DNA of 57,868 bases from Magnetococcales bacterium HA3dbin3 (GTDB lineage Bacteria; Pseudomonadota; Magnetococcia; Magnetococcales; DC0425bin3): assembly GCA_002753495.1 (NCBI GenBank), contig PEAJ01000001.1, positions 1 through 57,868 of the forward strand, given 5' to 3'. Below the pieces are notes generated by a model, which ran no database searches, was not told the origin of the DNA, and saw nothing but the letters and a program-made list of their open reading frames with translations. Below are positions 9,788 to 20,031 of the stretch, piece by piece. Each line of letters starts with the position of its first letter. The stretch's first letter is position 1. The position numbers and the translations under genes were made by a program.

Positions 9788-10768
9788 CTACCCGGCGGAA
9801 AGGCGCTGCCTTTTCCTCTTTTGCCTCTGTAATGCATTTCTGAAGATGGCGATGGTGGCCCCGACCAGAATCCCAATGGCGAAACCAACCATGACCATCA
9901 CCCTCTTGACCGGCCTGACAACCTTACCTTTTGGTGCAATCACGGCCGGATCGATCACCTTGAAGGCAAACTCGGAACGCACACTCGCAAACATGTTGTT
10001 CTTGATCGACTCCTCCATCATGCCGATCAAAATCTGACGAATATCGACCACGGTGGTCTTTTCAAGTTCCGCGGTCAGGTACTTGATGCTCTCCTGACTG
10101 TCGCGGATTGCCTGGTTGCGCAGATAGGCGTTGATGCGTTGGACCACGAGATTGGCCCAGCGCGCGGCGACCTCCCGGTCGCGCCACTCGATGGAAAGAG
10201 TGATCAACCCGGTCTTGATGTCCTCCGAAACCTTGCAGATGCCGCGGAAAAACTCCACACCATGCCAGAGGGTGGGGATGGTCTCGGGGGGACCCGGTCG
10301 CCATTGGTGGCTTTGCTCATCCCACTCCTTGAAAAAGAAGATGGGGAGCAGATTTTCGTCGCTGATGAATTTCTCGATGAAGGCGCGCGACTTCAACCTG
10401 GCCAGGGTTGCTTCTTTCGATGGCCCGGAGCCACCACCGCCGGTAGGGATTCGGATGCCGACCATGGAGGCCAATCCGCTGGCCTGACTCATCATCGCCG
10501 ACCGGGCCTGGTTTCCGTCGCTGCTGACGAACTCAAGCAGTACCTCGGCGCGGTAGATGGGGATCATGGTGAAGGCGAGCACCCCAGCACCGACCGTAAA
10601 CAGGGTGGTCACGAAGAAAATCAGCCACTTGGCTTTTTTCAGGACGCCCCAGAGGACGAAGAGATCCACCTCCTCGTCCACCGCGGGCGGATGCGCGGGG
10701 GGAGGGACAGCACTGGGGGGAGGGGACGAATCCGGTGTCATCGGAGCTGGCTGCTGGGGATCGGACAT
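9788..10768 (-). CDS. polysaccharide chain-length determinant (Wzz-like) protein
   Basis: ORF 9788..10846; I prefer the ATG at 10768 (MSDPQQ...). It has a Pro-rich N-terminus, then a TM helix (WLIFFVTTLFTVGAGVLAFTMIPIYRAEV), a long periplasmic-like region and a C-terminal TM helix (VMVMVGFAIGILVGATIAIF). This is Wzz topology. Confidence 0.7.
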   Translation of the reverse strand: MSDPQQPAPMTPDSSPPPSAVPPPAHPPAVDEEVDLFVLWGVLKKAKWLIFFVTTLFTVGAGVLAFTMIPIYRAEVLLEFVSSDGNQARSAMMSQASGLASMVGIRIPTGGGGSGPSKEATLARLKSRAFIEKFISDENLLPIFFFKEWDEQSHQWRPGPPETIPTLWHGVEFFRGICKVSEDIKTGLITLSIEWRDREVAARWANLVVQRINAYLRNQAIRDSQESIKYLTAELEKTTVVDIRQILIGMMEESIKNNMFASVRSEFAFKVIDPAVIAPKGKVVRPVKRVMVMVGFAIGILVGATIAIFRNALQRQKRKRQRLSAG

Positions 10769-11023
10769 GGCGCTTGTTCGTCGTGTGACCTGATCACTGT
10801 TTCGATCCGTGGGACAACGGCCAGGCAGCAGAGAGCAAGGTTCCAAGACCCATCGCGACCGATGCCAACCAGCGCCGGGAGGGTTTCGTATCGCTATGCC
10901 ACCCGGGAGGGTTGAGGATGCCGCGCCGATACATCCGCTGTCAAGGAGAACCTGCGGTGGCCGCAGGGCTGAACGTCCTCCCGAGTCGGCGCTTGTGCTG
11001 CCATCTCCTGCTGAAATAGTGGA

Positions 11024-12130
11024 TCAGCCTTTGCGCATAGCGCGCCAGTACTCCGGGTACCTGGAACGATACTGCCAGGCAAAACGCGCCCTTCTGACCT
11101 GGGTGAACAGCCATACCCGCGCATCGAACAGGCGTGCCACCAGACTGGCCAAGGGTTTGTTTGTTCCGGCCAGGGTGATCGCAAAACGCATGATCGGCTT
11201 GATCAGCGGGTAATTGGGAAACTGGTCGAGGCGTGACAGGCCAAAGATGGCATCCTCGACGTTGGCGCGGCGCAAGGCATGCAGGGTCATCATGCGAATC
11301 TGGTAGGGGAGATGTCCCTGCCATAGCTTGAAAACCGCCTGTTTGCTTTCGGTGTCGAGCCACGGGTAGGCAGCGATGGCATCGCGGATGTAACCCCACT
11401 CCTCCAGAAGTGAGCGTACCGTGCGTGAGGTGGAAGCGGATTGCTGGTTGATGTAGAAGAAGGCGACCGGTGTTGCCGAAAAGACCACGCCAAAGCGAGA
11501 GGCGATGCGCGCCATGTATTCCAGGTCAAAACCGGCGATCGGTGCAATGTCGCCAACGACATCGCGTGCCGTCGTCCGGTAAAGCACCCCCGCCTGCTGC
11601 GGCCAACCCTTCTCCCACAGCCGGAGCAGACCCTTAGGTGGCGGATAGCACCCGTCCGTCTCCTGGGTGCCGGAAAATAGAAACGGAACACCCGCGCCAT
11701 CGATGCAAAGGCACATGCCGCCAAAGAATCCGGCTTCTGGATGTTTTTCCAGCGCGGTGACCGCTGTTTCGAGAAAGTTTGGCAGGAGGAGGTCATCATC
11801 GGCCAGGTAGCAGAAGTAGGGGGTTTGCACCTGGGCAATGCCGGCGGCGGTGTTACGGATGCCGCCAATGTTGACGGAATTGGGGTGGTAACGGAACCTT
11901 GGGTCACGTTGAGCGAAACCCTGTACGACCTCGGCGGTTGTGTCCTGGGAGGCGTTATCATGCACGCAGACGACAAAATGGGGATAAGTCTGGTCGAGAA
12001 CGCTCTGTAAGGCGCGACAGAGCAGGTCGGGGCGACGATAGGTGGGCACGACGACCGTCACCTGGGGCGGCACGGCCTGCCCGATCCCTTGTCCCCGTGA
12101 CCGCGTGTCCGGGGGTTCGATCTGATTCAT
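11024..12130 (-). CDS. glycosyltransferase family 2
   Basis: VTVVVPTYRRPDLLCRALQSVLDQTY...VHDNASQD and YLADDD (DxD) motifs. Start placed at ATG 12130 (MNQIEPP); the ORF extends to 12226. Confidence 0.85.
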   Translation of the reverse strand: MNQIEPPDTRSRGQGIGQAVPPQVTVVVPTYRRPDLLCRALQSVLDQTYPHFVVCVHDNASQDTTAEVVQGFAQRDPRFRYHPNSVNIGGIRNTAAGIAQVQTPYFCYLADDDLLLPNFLETAVTALEKHPEAGFFGGMCLCIDGAGVPFLFSGTQETDGCYPPPKGLLRLWEKGWPQQAGVLYRTTARDVVGDIAPIAGFDLEYMARIASRFGVVFSATPVAFFYINQQSASTSRTVRSLLEEWGYIRDAIAAYPWLDTESKQAVFKLWQGHLPYQIRMMTLHALRRANVEDAIFGLSRLDQFPNYPLIKPIMRFAITLAGTNKPLASLVARLFDARVWLFTQVRRARFAWQYRSRYPEYWRAMRKG

Positions 12131-12342
12131 GCCGCACGACCCTGTTTGGCGTCGGAAAAACAGCCCTGGCATTGTCCCGAAATGGGCAGGACAAGACCTC
12201 ATCCCTCTCGGGATTTGTTCTGTCAACCGCCGCCTTCAAAGCCCTTGCCTTGCCGGAACCCGGCATGGTACGTTCGGCGCGCCTGCTGTTCAAGGTTTGG
12301 ACGTTTGGGGGCTCTGTTTTACCAAAAGCTCGGGGAAAGCGC

Positions 12343-13464
12343 ATGCATGCACCACGGAAGGTTCCCTTTTTCAACTATCCGCACATTTTCACCCACGACG
12401 AAAAGGGGTTTTTGGAAGTCATCACCGGCGTCGGGCGACGCGGCGCCTTCATCATGCAGAAGGACTTAAGCGACTTCGAGAAACGCCTGGCCGCGTTTAC
12501 CGGCGCCCGTTACGCCCTGGGTGTCGCCAACGCCACTGATGGCCTGCAAATGGCCCTGATGGCAGGAGGGATCAAGGCTGGGGACGAGGTGCTCTTCTGT
12601 TCCCACACCATGATCGCCACTGCCTCGGCAATCCACTTTGCCGGCGGCGTGCCGGTGCCGGTGGAGACCGGGCCTGATCACCTGATGGATCCGACCAAAC
12701 TTGAACGTCACATCACCCCGCGCACCCGGGCGATCATGCCGACCCAGCTCAACGGTCGGGTGGCGAATATGGACGCCATCCAGGCCATCGCCGACAAGCA
12801 CGGGTTGCAGGTGTACGAGGATGCCGCCCAGGCCCTGGGGGCGAAGTACAAGGGGCGTTGCGCCGGCACCTTTGGCGTCGGTGCCTGCATCAGTTTCTAT
12901 CCGGCGAAGGTTCTCGGGTGTTTGGGTGACGGCGGTGCCGTGCTCTGCAACGACGACGCGGTCTACCAGAAACTGTACATGCTGCGTGATCATGGTCGCA
13001 GTGAACAGACCGGTGAGGTCGAGATGTGGGGTTTCAACAGCCGCCTCGACAACCTGCAAGCCGCGCTCCTCAACTACCAACTCGACCACTTCCCGCAGGT
13101 GATCGAGAGACGCCGGCAGGTGGCACGGATCTACCAGGAGCGGCTGGGCTCCCTGAAGCAGCTCGTGCTGCCACCCGCGCCGGGCAGCGAGCCGGATCAC
13201 TTCGATGTCTTCCAGAACTATGAAATCGAGGCCGAGCGCCGGGACGAACTCAAGCGTTTCCTGGCCGATCGTGGTGTCGGCACCCTGATCCAGTGGGGCG
13301 GCAAGGCGGTGCATCAGTTCGGCGCGGCGCTGGGGTTTGACCAATCCCTGCCGGTGACCGAGCGGATGTTCAAATCCATGATCATGCTGCCGATGAACAT
13401 GTCGCAGACCGACGACGATGTCGCCTACGTCTGCGACTGCATCCGGGAATTTTACCATGCCTGA
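12343..13464 (+). CDS. DegT/DnrJ/EryC1/StrS-family sugar aminotransferase (PLP-dependent)
   Basis: Within ORF 11899..13464. From ATG 12343: FFNYPHIF...ALGVANATDGLQMAL...ISFYPAKVLGCLGDGGAV (PLP-Lys block). Confidence 0.88.
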   Translation: MHAPRKVPFFNYPHIFTHDEKGFLEVITGVGRRGAFIMQKDLSDFEKRLAAFTGARYALGVANATDGLQMALMAGGIKAGDEVLFCSHTMIATASAIHFAGGVPVPVETGPDHLMDPTKLERHITPRTRAIMPTQLNGRVANMDAIQAIADKHGLQVYEDAAQALGAKYKGRCAGTFGVGACISFYPAKVLGCLGDGGAVLCNDDAVYQKLYMLRDHGRSEQTGEVEMWGFNSRLDNLQAALLNYQLDHFPQVIERRRQVARIYQERLGSLKQLVLPPAPGSEPDHFDVFQNYEIEAERRDELKRFLADRGVGTLIQWGGKAVHQFGAALGFDQSLPVTERMFKSMIMLPMNMSQTDDDVAYVCDCIREFYHA

Positions 13465-14542
13465 GCCGGTGGTCTCACCGGAGCCGTTGCCGACGCCCTT
13501 TGCCTCGGAGCTTGGCTCCCTCGCCGATCCCGGTCGTCATCATGCGCCGCTGGAGATTGCCGGCGAGGATCCGCGTGGTCTGCTCGACGCCCTGCGCCGG
13601 ATGGTGTTGATCCGCCTCTGCGAGCAAGCTATTGCCACCCTGGTCGGGTCGGGGGAGGTGAAGTGTCCTTGTCACCTCGGGGTGGGGCAGGAGGCGATCG
13701 CTGTCGGTGTGGTCAAGCATCTGACCGCGCGCGATCACGTCTTTAGCGCGCATCGGTCGCACGCCCACTTTCTTGCCCTGGTTGACGATCCGGCGCTGTT
13801 GTTGCACGAGGTGTTCGGCAAGGCGACCGGCAGTTCGCGCGGCATGGGTGGGTCGCAACACCTGATTGCTGCCGATAAAGGGTTCACCGGGTCAAACCCG
13901 ATCGTTGGTGGTGTGGTACCGGTGGCGGTCGGTGCCGCCCTTGGCAACAAGATGGACCGGCAGGGAAACGTCGCGGTGGTCTTCTTCGGCGACGGGGCCT
14001 CGGAGGAGGGGGGGCTGCACGAGTGTCTCAACCTCGCCGCCAATTTTGTTCTGCCACTGCTCTTTGTCTGCGAGAACAACTTCTACGCCAGCCAAATGGA
14101 TATCTGTCTGCGCCAGCCGAGCGATCGCATCTCACGTTTTGCCGAGGCGCATCATGTCCCGGTGCGCGTGGTCGATGGCAATGACCTCGTTGCCGTGTCG
14201 CACGCCGCCGGAGAACTGATTGCCGAGGCGCGTCGCAGCGGTCGCCCGGGCTTTCTGGAGGCCACCACCTACCGCTGGCTTGGGCATGTCGGGCATCGCG
14301 AGGATATCGATGTTGGCATCAAGCGCAAGCTTGACGATCTGGTTCAGTGGAAGCAGCGCGACCCCATCGCCCGCCTGCGGCAGGCCCTGCAGACGACCGG
14401 CCATCTGACCCCAGGGGCGTTTGCCGCCATGCAGCAGGAGATTCAAGCGCGCATCGACCAGGAGGTGGCCGCGGCACGGAGCGCCCCCTACCCCGATCCC
14501 GCCGTGTTGCTCGATTACGTGTACTGTCAGGGCGGCTCGTGA
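13457..14542 (+). CDS. ThDP-dependent dehydrogenase E1 component, alpha subunit
   Basis: ATG 13457 overlaps the aminotransferase stop. CPCHLGVGQEAIAVGV, GMGGSQHL and the ThDP-binding VVFFGDGASEEGGLHECLNLAA (GDG...N) motifs, as in acetoin/pyruvate dehydrogenase E1 alpha. Confidence 0.85.
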   Translation: MPEPVVSPEPLPTPFASELGSLADPGRHHAPLEIAGEDPRGLLDALRRMVLIRLCEQAIATLVGSGEVKCPCHLGVGQEAIAVGVVKHLTARDHVFSAHRSHAHFLALVDDPALLLHEVFGKATGSSRGMGGSQHLIAADKGFTGSNPIVGGVVPVAVGAALGNKMDRQGNVAVVFFGDGASEEGGLHECLNLAANFVLPLLFVCENNFYASQMDICLRQPSDRISRFAEAHHVPVRVVDGNDLVAVSHAAGELIAEARRSGRPGFLEATTYRWLGHVGHREDIDVGIKRKLDDLVQWKQRDPIARLRQALQTTGHLTPGAFAAMQQEIQARIDQEVAAARSAPYPDPAVLLDYVYCQGGS

Positions 14543-14544
14543 CC

Positions 14545-15555
14545 ATGGACGACCCACGCAAAGGCACCAACTACGGCGAGGCCATCCTTGCCGCATACGA
14601 GTATCTGCTCGCCACCTACCCCAAGGTGTTCACCCTGGGGCAGGGGCTGTGGAGCCCCTGGTATGTGGGCAACTCGATGACCAATTTGGACAAGAAGTTC
14701 GGCCAGGCGCGGGTGATCGATACCCCGATCTCCGAACTCTCCACCACCGGCATGGCGATAGGTGCGTCGTTGCTCGGCTACCGGCCGATCATCGTCTATC
14801 CGCGCATGGATTTCATGATCCTGGCCATGGATCAGATCGTCAATCAGGCAGCGAAATGGCGGCATATGCTGGGGGGGCAGTCGCATGCGCCAGTCACCTT
14901 CCGCAGCATCATCAATCGTGGTGGCGAGCAGGGGGCACAGCATTCACAGGCGTTGCATGCCTGGTTTGCGCATGTGCCGGGTCTGCGGGTGGTGATGCCC
15001 TACACGGTGCAGGATGCGCGCGATTTACTGATCGCCGCCGTGCTGTGCGATGACCCGGTCATGTACATCGACGATCGTTGGCTCTACGGCAATGTGATCG
15101 ATGCCCTGCCGCCAGTAACCGAACTGCGTTTGGTCGATCAACGACCCGAGGTGCGGCGCGTGGGCAAGGATGTGACCTTGGTCGCCGCCAGTTTTTCGGT
15201 TCATTTGGCGATGCAGGCCGCCGCGGCTTTGGAGCCAGAAGGGATTGCCTGCGAGGTGATCGATTTGCGGGTGATCAACCCGCTCGATGTGGCTCCGGTG
15301 GTGGCCTCGGTTGCCAAGACCGGGCGTCTGTGCGCGATCGATGGTGGTTGGCGTACCTGTGGTCTGGCCGGCGAGGTGATTGCCGCGGTGGTCGAGCGGC
15401 TTCCCGTGTCCGTCCTGCAAGCCCCGCCGCGTCGCCTGACCCTGCCCGATGCCCCTGCCCCCAGCAGCAAGCCGCTGGAGGAGCTCTACTACACGACGGT
15501 GGCACAGGTGGCGCAGACTGCGCGGGAGCTGTGCGCGATGCGTCGGGTGGGATGA
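14545..15555 (+). CDS. ThDP-dependent dehydrogenase E1 component, beta subunit (transketolase-like)
   Basis: Within ORF 14347..15555, from ATG 14545. VIDTPISELSTTGMAIGASLLGYRPI and GEQGAQHSQALHAWFAHVPGLRVVMP are typical E1 beta blocks. Confidence 0.85.
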   Translation: MDDPRKGTNYGEAILAAYEYLLATYPKVFTLGQGLWSPWYVGNSMTNLDKKFGQARVIDTPISELSTTGMAIGASLLGYRPIIVYPRMDFMILAMDQIVNQAAKWRHMLGGQSHAPVTFRSIINRGGEQGAQHSQALHAWFAHVPGLRVVMPYTVQDARDLLIAAVLCDDPVMYIDDRWLYGNVIDALPPVTELRLVDQRPEVRRVGKDVTLVAASFSVHLAMQAAAALEPEGIACEVIDLRVINPLDVAPVVASVAKTGRLCAIDGGWRTCGLAGEVIAAVVERLPVSVLQAPPRRLTLPDAPAPSSKPLEELYYTTVAQVAQTARELCAMRRVG

Positions 15556-15640
15556 AGATACCTCCAGGGGGGCGTGTCGTCCCGTCCGGTGTGATTGGGG
15601 TTTCGCGCTGCACGTCGAGTACAGGTGAAGGGGGTCGGTT

Positions 15641-16366
15641 ATGAAACGATTGTTGGATCTTTCTCTTTCCGTCGTGGGTTTGGTTCTGCTCTCGCCGGTT
15701 CTGCTTGCTTTTATGTATTTGATCTGGCGGCAGGATCGTCACTCGCCCTTCTACATTCCGCCGCGCGTCGGCTTGAATGATGTCCCGTTCAAGATGGTCA
15801 AGCTGCGCTCGATGATCATCAACGCCGACAAGAGCGGTGTCGACTCGACCGGTTCCGCTGATGCGCGCATCACGCGGGTGGGACACATGATTCGTCGCTA
15901 CAAGCTTGATGAGTTCATGCAGCTCTGGAATGTCCTGCTGGGTGACATGTCCCTGGTCGGGCCGCGGCCGAACGTCGCGCGCGAGGTGGCTCTTTACACC
16001 ACGGTTGAACGCAAGCTGCTGACGGTCAAGCCGGGCATCACCGATTTCTCCTCCATCGTTTTCTCCGACGAGGGGGAGATCCTGAAAGACAGCAAAGACC
16101 CGGACCTGGACTACAACCAGCTGATTCGGCCGTGGAAGAATCGCCTGGGGCTCTTTTATGTCGAGCATGCCAACCTGGCGTTGGATATCCAGCTGATCGT
16201 CCTGACGGTGATTGCGATCCTGTCACGGCCACGGGCGTTGCGCGGTGTCTCCGAACTCCTCAGGAGCTATGACGCCCCCGAGGAGCTGGTGCGGACGGCG
16301 CTGCGGGATCAGCCGCTGGTACCGACCCCGCCCCCTGGTTCCGATCAAATCGTCCAGTCGCGATAG
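15641..16366 (+). CDS. initiating sugar-phosphate transferase (Bac_transf family, PglC/WbaP C-terminal type)
   Basis: 241 aa. N-terminal re-entrant helix (LSLSVVGLVLLSPVLLAFMYLI), KLRSM, and DEFMQLWNVLLGDMSLVGPRP motifs. Confidence 0.9.
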   Translation: MKRLLDLSLSVVGLVLLSPVLLAFMYLIWRQDRHSPFYIPPRVGLNDVPFKMVKLRSMIINADKSGVDSTGSADARITRVGHMIRRYKLDEFMQLWNVLLGDMSLVGPRPNVAREVALYTTVERKLLTVKPGITDFSSIVFSDEGEILKDSKDPDLDYNQLIRPWKNRLGLFYVEHANLALDIQLIVLTVIAILSRPRALRGVSELLRSYDAPEELVRTALRDQPLVPTPPPGSDQIVQSR

Positions 16367-16367
16367 T

Positions 16368-17642
16368 TTAAGAGCTGCCTTTTTTCCAGCGCGTGACTAC
16401 CCCCTCCAGGTGTGCCTCGTAGTTCTGGTACACCTGCTCGGCGTCGTACTCCTTGGTGAAGCAGGCGAGTGCCCGGTGGGAGCAGGGTTCGAGGGGCTGG
16501 CGGTTATCGATGAATCGCCGAATGAGGGTAACCAGGCTCTCCGGCTGGCCCTCTTCGTACATGAAGCCGATCTCGTGGCGGGCAAGGATCTCCTGCAAGT
16601 GGCCACGCAGACAGCTGAAAATAGGCAAACCGGCGGACATGTACTCGATTGGCTTGTTGGGCAGGTTGCCGACGAAATTGGCTACATTGCGGTAGGGTGC
16701 CAGCCCCGCTTGGGAAATGGACATCAAGGTGGCGATCTGCACGGCGTTGACCCAACCAGGCAGGACCAGGGCCGGAACCCCCTTGGCCATGGTCTTGTAG
16801 GTATTGAGGTTATCCCCGGCGCCACAGAGGACAATGCGCACCTTGTCGCCGAAACCGCCCTCTTCGATCAGCTGTCCGGCCTTGATCACCGTCGCCAAGT
16901 CAAATTGGCGCCCAAAAGCACCAAAAAAGCAGAGGATGAAGAAGCGATTGTCGGCGATGCCCAGGTTCTGCCAGAAGGCAAGCCCCTCGGCCCACTCTTC
17001 GGGGGTAAAGTGCTGTTTCCGGTAGCCGTGGGGGAATACCGCATCCTCTTCCCGGCGCGAACGGCCGGCGTGATCGAGCCCCCAACCCAGAAAGGGCTCG
17101 GTGATGCCGATCAGGCCGGAGGCATCACGGCAGGCGTTGCGGGCAAGCCGCCGGAAGCTGTGAAACACCACCTTGCCCACCGGTTGCAACCAGCCGGGCA
17201 GCACCTCCTCGAACACATCCGGCCACAGGTCACGAATATCGAGCAGAACCGGCACTTTCTGCCGCCGACCGTAGGCCACCGCCTCCGCGCATAGTTCCAG
17301 CGTCGGGAGGGAGCTGACGACAATGTCGGGAGGCGTTTCGTCGTTGGCCATCCGCGCAAACTGTTCGGCCATCTCCTGGTGATCACGCAGACGGTCGAGG
17401 GAGACATTCCTCTGATAGCCACGTCCGTGCAGGAGGATAAGCAGCAGGTTGGGGTTTACCTGCTGCCGGTGAAGGGCGTTGAAGCGATGTTTTTTGCGTA
17501 CGTGGTCGAAGTCAGAGCTCCACCACACCACCTGATGCCCGGAGGCGGCCATTCTCTGCGCCAGAATGCCACAACGATGAAAGCGCTCGTTGGGTCCGTC
17601 CGTGGGCAGGGGTTCTCCAACGGTGATCAACCAGATGCGCAT
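16368..17642 (-). CDS. glycosyltransferase (GT-B fold, GT4-like)
   Basis: 424 aa. MRIWLITVGEPLPTDG N-terminus and overall GT4-like layout. Convergent with the sugar transferase, leaving a 1-nt gap. Confidence 0.7.
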   Translation of the reverse strand: MRIWLITVGEPLPTDGPNERFHRCGILAQRMAASGHQVVWWSSDFDHVRKKHRFNALHRQQVNPNLLLILLHGRGYQRNVSLDRLRDHQEMAEQFARMANDETPPDIVVSSLPTLELCAEAVAYGRRQKVPVLLDIRDLWPDVFEEVLPGWLQPVGKVVFHSFRRLARNACRDASGLIGITEPFLGWGLDHAGRSRREEDAVFPHGYRKQHFTPEEWAEGLAFWQNLGIADNRFFILCFFGAFGRQFDLATVIKAGQLIEEGGFGDKVRIVLCGAGDNLNTYKTMAKGVPALVLPGWVNAVQIATLMSISQAGLAPYRNVANFVGNLPNKPIEYMSAGLPIFSCLRGHLQEILARHEIGFMYEEGQPESLVTLIRRFIDNRQPLEPCSHRALACFTKEYDAEQVYQNYEAHLEGVVTRWKKGSS

Positions 17643-17740
17643 GTTCTGTCAACCCTCTTGGCCGAAGTTGGGACCGCCACTTAACCCTCAACCCGCCTCG
17701 TTCGCGACCATCGCCGATGGAAACCTCAAGCCTTCACGCC

Positions 17741-18856
17741 TCAGGTACTCCCGCGCTTGATCTTATTCAGAAACTCTTCCATGAGATCGCCGCTGCGTGC
17801 CCAAGTAAAGGCTTGAATGCCGGCGTGCCCGGCCTGTGCCAGGGCGAGGCGTTTGGGTTCATCCCGGAGGAGTTCGACCGTGTTGGCGGCGAGTTGTTCC
17901 GGCTGTCGTGGTGGCGAAATCAGGGCGCTCACATTGTGTTCGGCAAAGTCGAGCACGCCGCCACAGTCGGTCGACACCACCGCCGACCCACAGGCCATCG
18001 CCTCGGCCGGTGGCAGGGAAAACCCCTCGAAGTGGCTTGGCCAGAGGAATATCGCGCCACGGTTGTAGATCTCGTCCACCAGTGCCTGTTGCGGCGGATT
18101 TTCGTGGAAGGTGACCCACGCCGGCAGGGTCACTTCAGGTTTGACTAGGCCGAAGAGGATGGCATGCAGGGCGGGAATTTGCCGTTTGACCATCTCCAGG
18201 GCGGCCAGGCCATCGGCGCCGCCCTTCCACGTTTGGTGGGAGTACATCATGGTGACCAGGGGTCCGCGATTTTCCATCGGCCGGGTCAGACGGAAGAGGT
18301 CGAGGTCGATGCCGTCGGGGATCAGGGTCATCGCGTCGGCGCCAAGGGACTCCCCGATTTCCAACAGCCACTTGGAGATGACCAGCTTGTGAAACGGCAT
18401 GCGCCAGGTGGCGTCGACTGCCTCTTTGGGGCCGCTCCAGGTCTCGTAGTGTTGGTAGAAGTAGACCTTTTCGCCCTTGCTTGCGGGGTAGCCGATGACA
18501 TCCGCCGCCATCGCCCAGGAGGTGGCAAAAACCACATCCGCATCGTCGAGGTAACGTGCCTCCGGTCGCGGGATGAGGCGCATGACGACGCGCGGATCAA
18601 TGTGCTGCCAATCGGGGGTTGGGTGGGTCAGCTTGCGGTAGCAGTACCCCAGATGGGTACGCAGCTTGCGGTAGAGCCCCTGCGGCGGTGGAAATCCCTT
18701 GACCTCCCGGCAATGGTAGATGCTCACCTGGTGTCCGCGCGCCGCCAAGTGATTGGCGTACTCGTAGACGACGCGATAGCCGCCGATCGGCAGGCGCGGA
18801 AAGCTGCCCATGATGAAGGAGAGTCTCACCGTCCGGCTCGCACCCCCGCCGCGCAC
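17741..18856 (-). CDS. glycosyltransferase family 4
   Basis: 371 aa. The C-terminal EGFSLPPAEAMACGSAVVSTDCGGVLDF is the GT4 E-x7-E region. Confidence 0.85.
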   Translation of the reverse strand: MRGGGASRTVRLSFIMGSFPRLPIGGYRVVYEYANHLAARGHQVSIYHCREVKGFPPPQGLYRKLRTHLGYCYRKLTHPTPDWQHIDPRVVMRLIPRPEARYLDDADVVFATSWAMAADVIGYPASKGEKVYFYQHYETWSGPKEAVDATWRMPFHKLVISKWLLEIGESLGADAMTLIPDGIDLDLFRLTRPMENRGPLVTMMYSHQTWKGGADGLAALEMVKRQIPALHAILFGLVKPEVTLPAWVTFHENPPQQALVDEIYNRGAIFLWPSHFEGFSLPPAEAMACGSAVVSTDCGGVLDFAEHNVSALISPPRQPEQLAANTVELLRDEPKRLALAQAGHAGIQAFTWARSGDLMEEFLNKIKRGST

Positions 18857-18904
18857 CCATACCCCGCCACAATCAGGCGATCCTGGTCAGACCGGGGGGA
18901 GGAG

Positions 18905-20008
18905 TCAGGCGGCACGGCGTCCACCCAAGCGCTTTTTGATGGTGGCAGCGGCGAGGAGCCGGAAGAACGGCGGCATCCAGTAGCGCATGCTCCAGCCGGT
19001 GGCCCAGGTGTTCGAGCAGCCGCGGCAATTGTCGACCATGACGCGCGCCTCTTCCATCTTTTTGCTGTGCCAGATCTCCTCAAGGGGGGTTTCGCGCAGG
19101 TTGCCGATGCGTGTTTCCGAGTAGCGCAGACAAGGGGTGACATCCCCGTTCGAGCGCAGGAGAAAGAAGCTCCTGAGACTTGCGCACTTGAAAGGAAACT
19201 GCCCACGGTCGAGCAGGGTCAGGAACAGCTCCTTCTGAAACGAAGGCGGGATGGTTTCCAGGGCCTTGAGCATGACCTGCGCGCTCTCCCTGGCATCCTC
19301 CGTGCCGTCGGCGAAGTAGGAAAAATTGCCGGGGGCACTGTTGGAGTAGTATTCAAACTCCTCAAACATCTGCGGCAGGAAGCGCAGCCCCAGGTTGCAG
19401 ACATAATCCGCCACTTCGTTGAGGTTTCCCGCCGTTTTGGGCGAGAGGGTGTAGCCGACAGTGACGGTCAATTTGTCGTTGCCACTCTCTTCGCGCATGC
19501 GGATGAGGCTCTTCAGTAGGCCATCCACCTTGCCGAAGTTGCCTTTGACGCCACGCGCGGCATCGTGCCGCTCGTTCAGGCCATCCAGGGAGACGCCAAC
19601 GATCAGGCGCATGCCCCGTTCCAGGCATTTGCGCGTGGCTTCCAGCACGCGCTCGGGGAGCAGGCCATTGGTACTTAAGGAGAACTGGGCATCCGGGGTG
19701 ACATTGCCGTGAATGGCGGCCATGTTTGCCACGATGCCCGAGCGCAGAACCGGTTCGCCACCGGTGATGATGACATCGTTCAGATGGCGAAACGCGCCAC
19801 TCGAAAAGATCCGCTCGATCTCTGCATCGCTCATATCCCCCGTGCCCTTGTTCTGCCAGATGTTGCAGTGGACACACTTGGAATTGCAGCGGTCGGTCAC
19901 CTCATAGACCAGGTGTTCAAGTTTGGGCAATTGGTGCAGGGGCTCAAGCACGGCCGTCCGGGAAGAGCGAACGACAAAGTTCCCAAAGGCTTTCAACTCG
20001 CGAATCAT
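18905..20008 (-). CDS. radical SAM protein with SPASM-like C-terminal Cys-rich extension
   Basis: ORF 18905..20218; I use ATG 20008 (MIRELK), which avoids overlapping the upstream gene's 3' end at 20032. VTDRCNSKCVHCN (CxxxCxxC), GGEPVL, and C-terminal CASL...TPCL...CRGCSNTW. Confidence 0.8.
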   Translation of the reverse strand: MIRELKAFGNFVVRSSRTAVLEPLHQLPKLEHLVYEVTDRCNSKCVHCNIWQNKGTGDMSDAEIERIFSSGAFRHLNDVIITGGEPVLRSGIVANMAAIHGNVTPDAQFSLSTNGLLPERVLEATRKCLERGMRLIVGVSLDGLNERHDAARGVKGNFGKVDGLLKSLIRMREESGNDKLTVTVGYTLSPKTAGNLNEVADYVCNLGLRFLPQMFEEFEYYSNSAPGNFSYFADGTEDARESAQVMLKALETIPPSFQKELFLTLLDRGQFPFKCASLRSFFLLRSNGDVTPCLRYSETRIGNLRETPLEEIWHSKKMEEARVMVDNCRGCSNTWATGWSMRYWMPPFFRLLAAATIKKRLGGRRAA

Positions 20009-20031
20009 CAGACCGCTTTCGTATACGGTGG

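Noticed and set aside
11899-12342. 148-codon N-terminal extension of the aminotransferase ORF.
   Set aside because: It is antisense to the GT2 gene's 5' region and Arg/Pro/Gly-rich. The DegT-family homology begins at ATG 12343.
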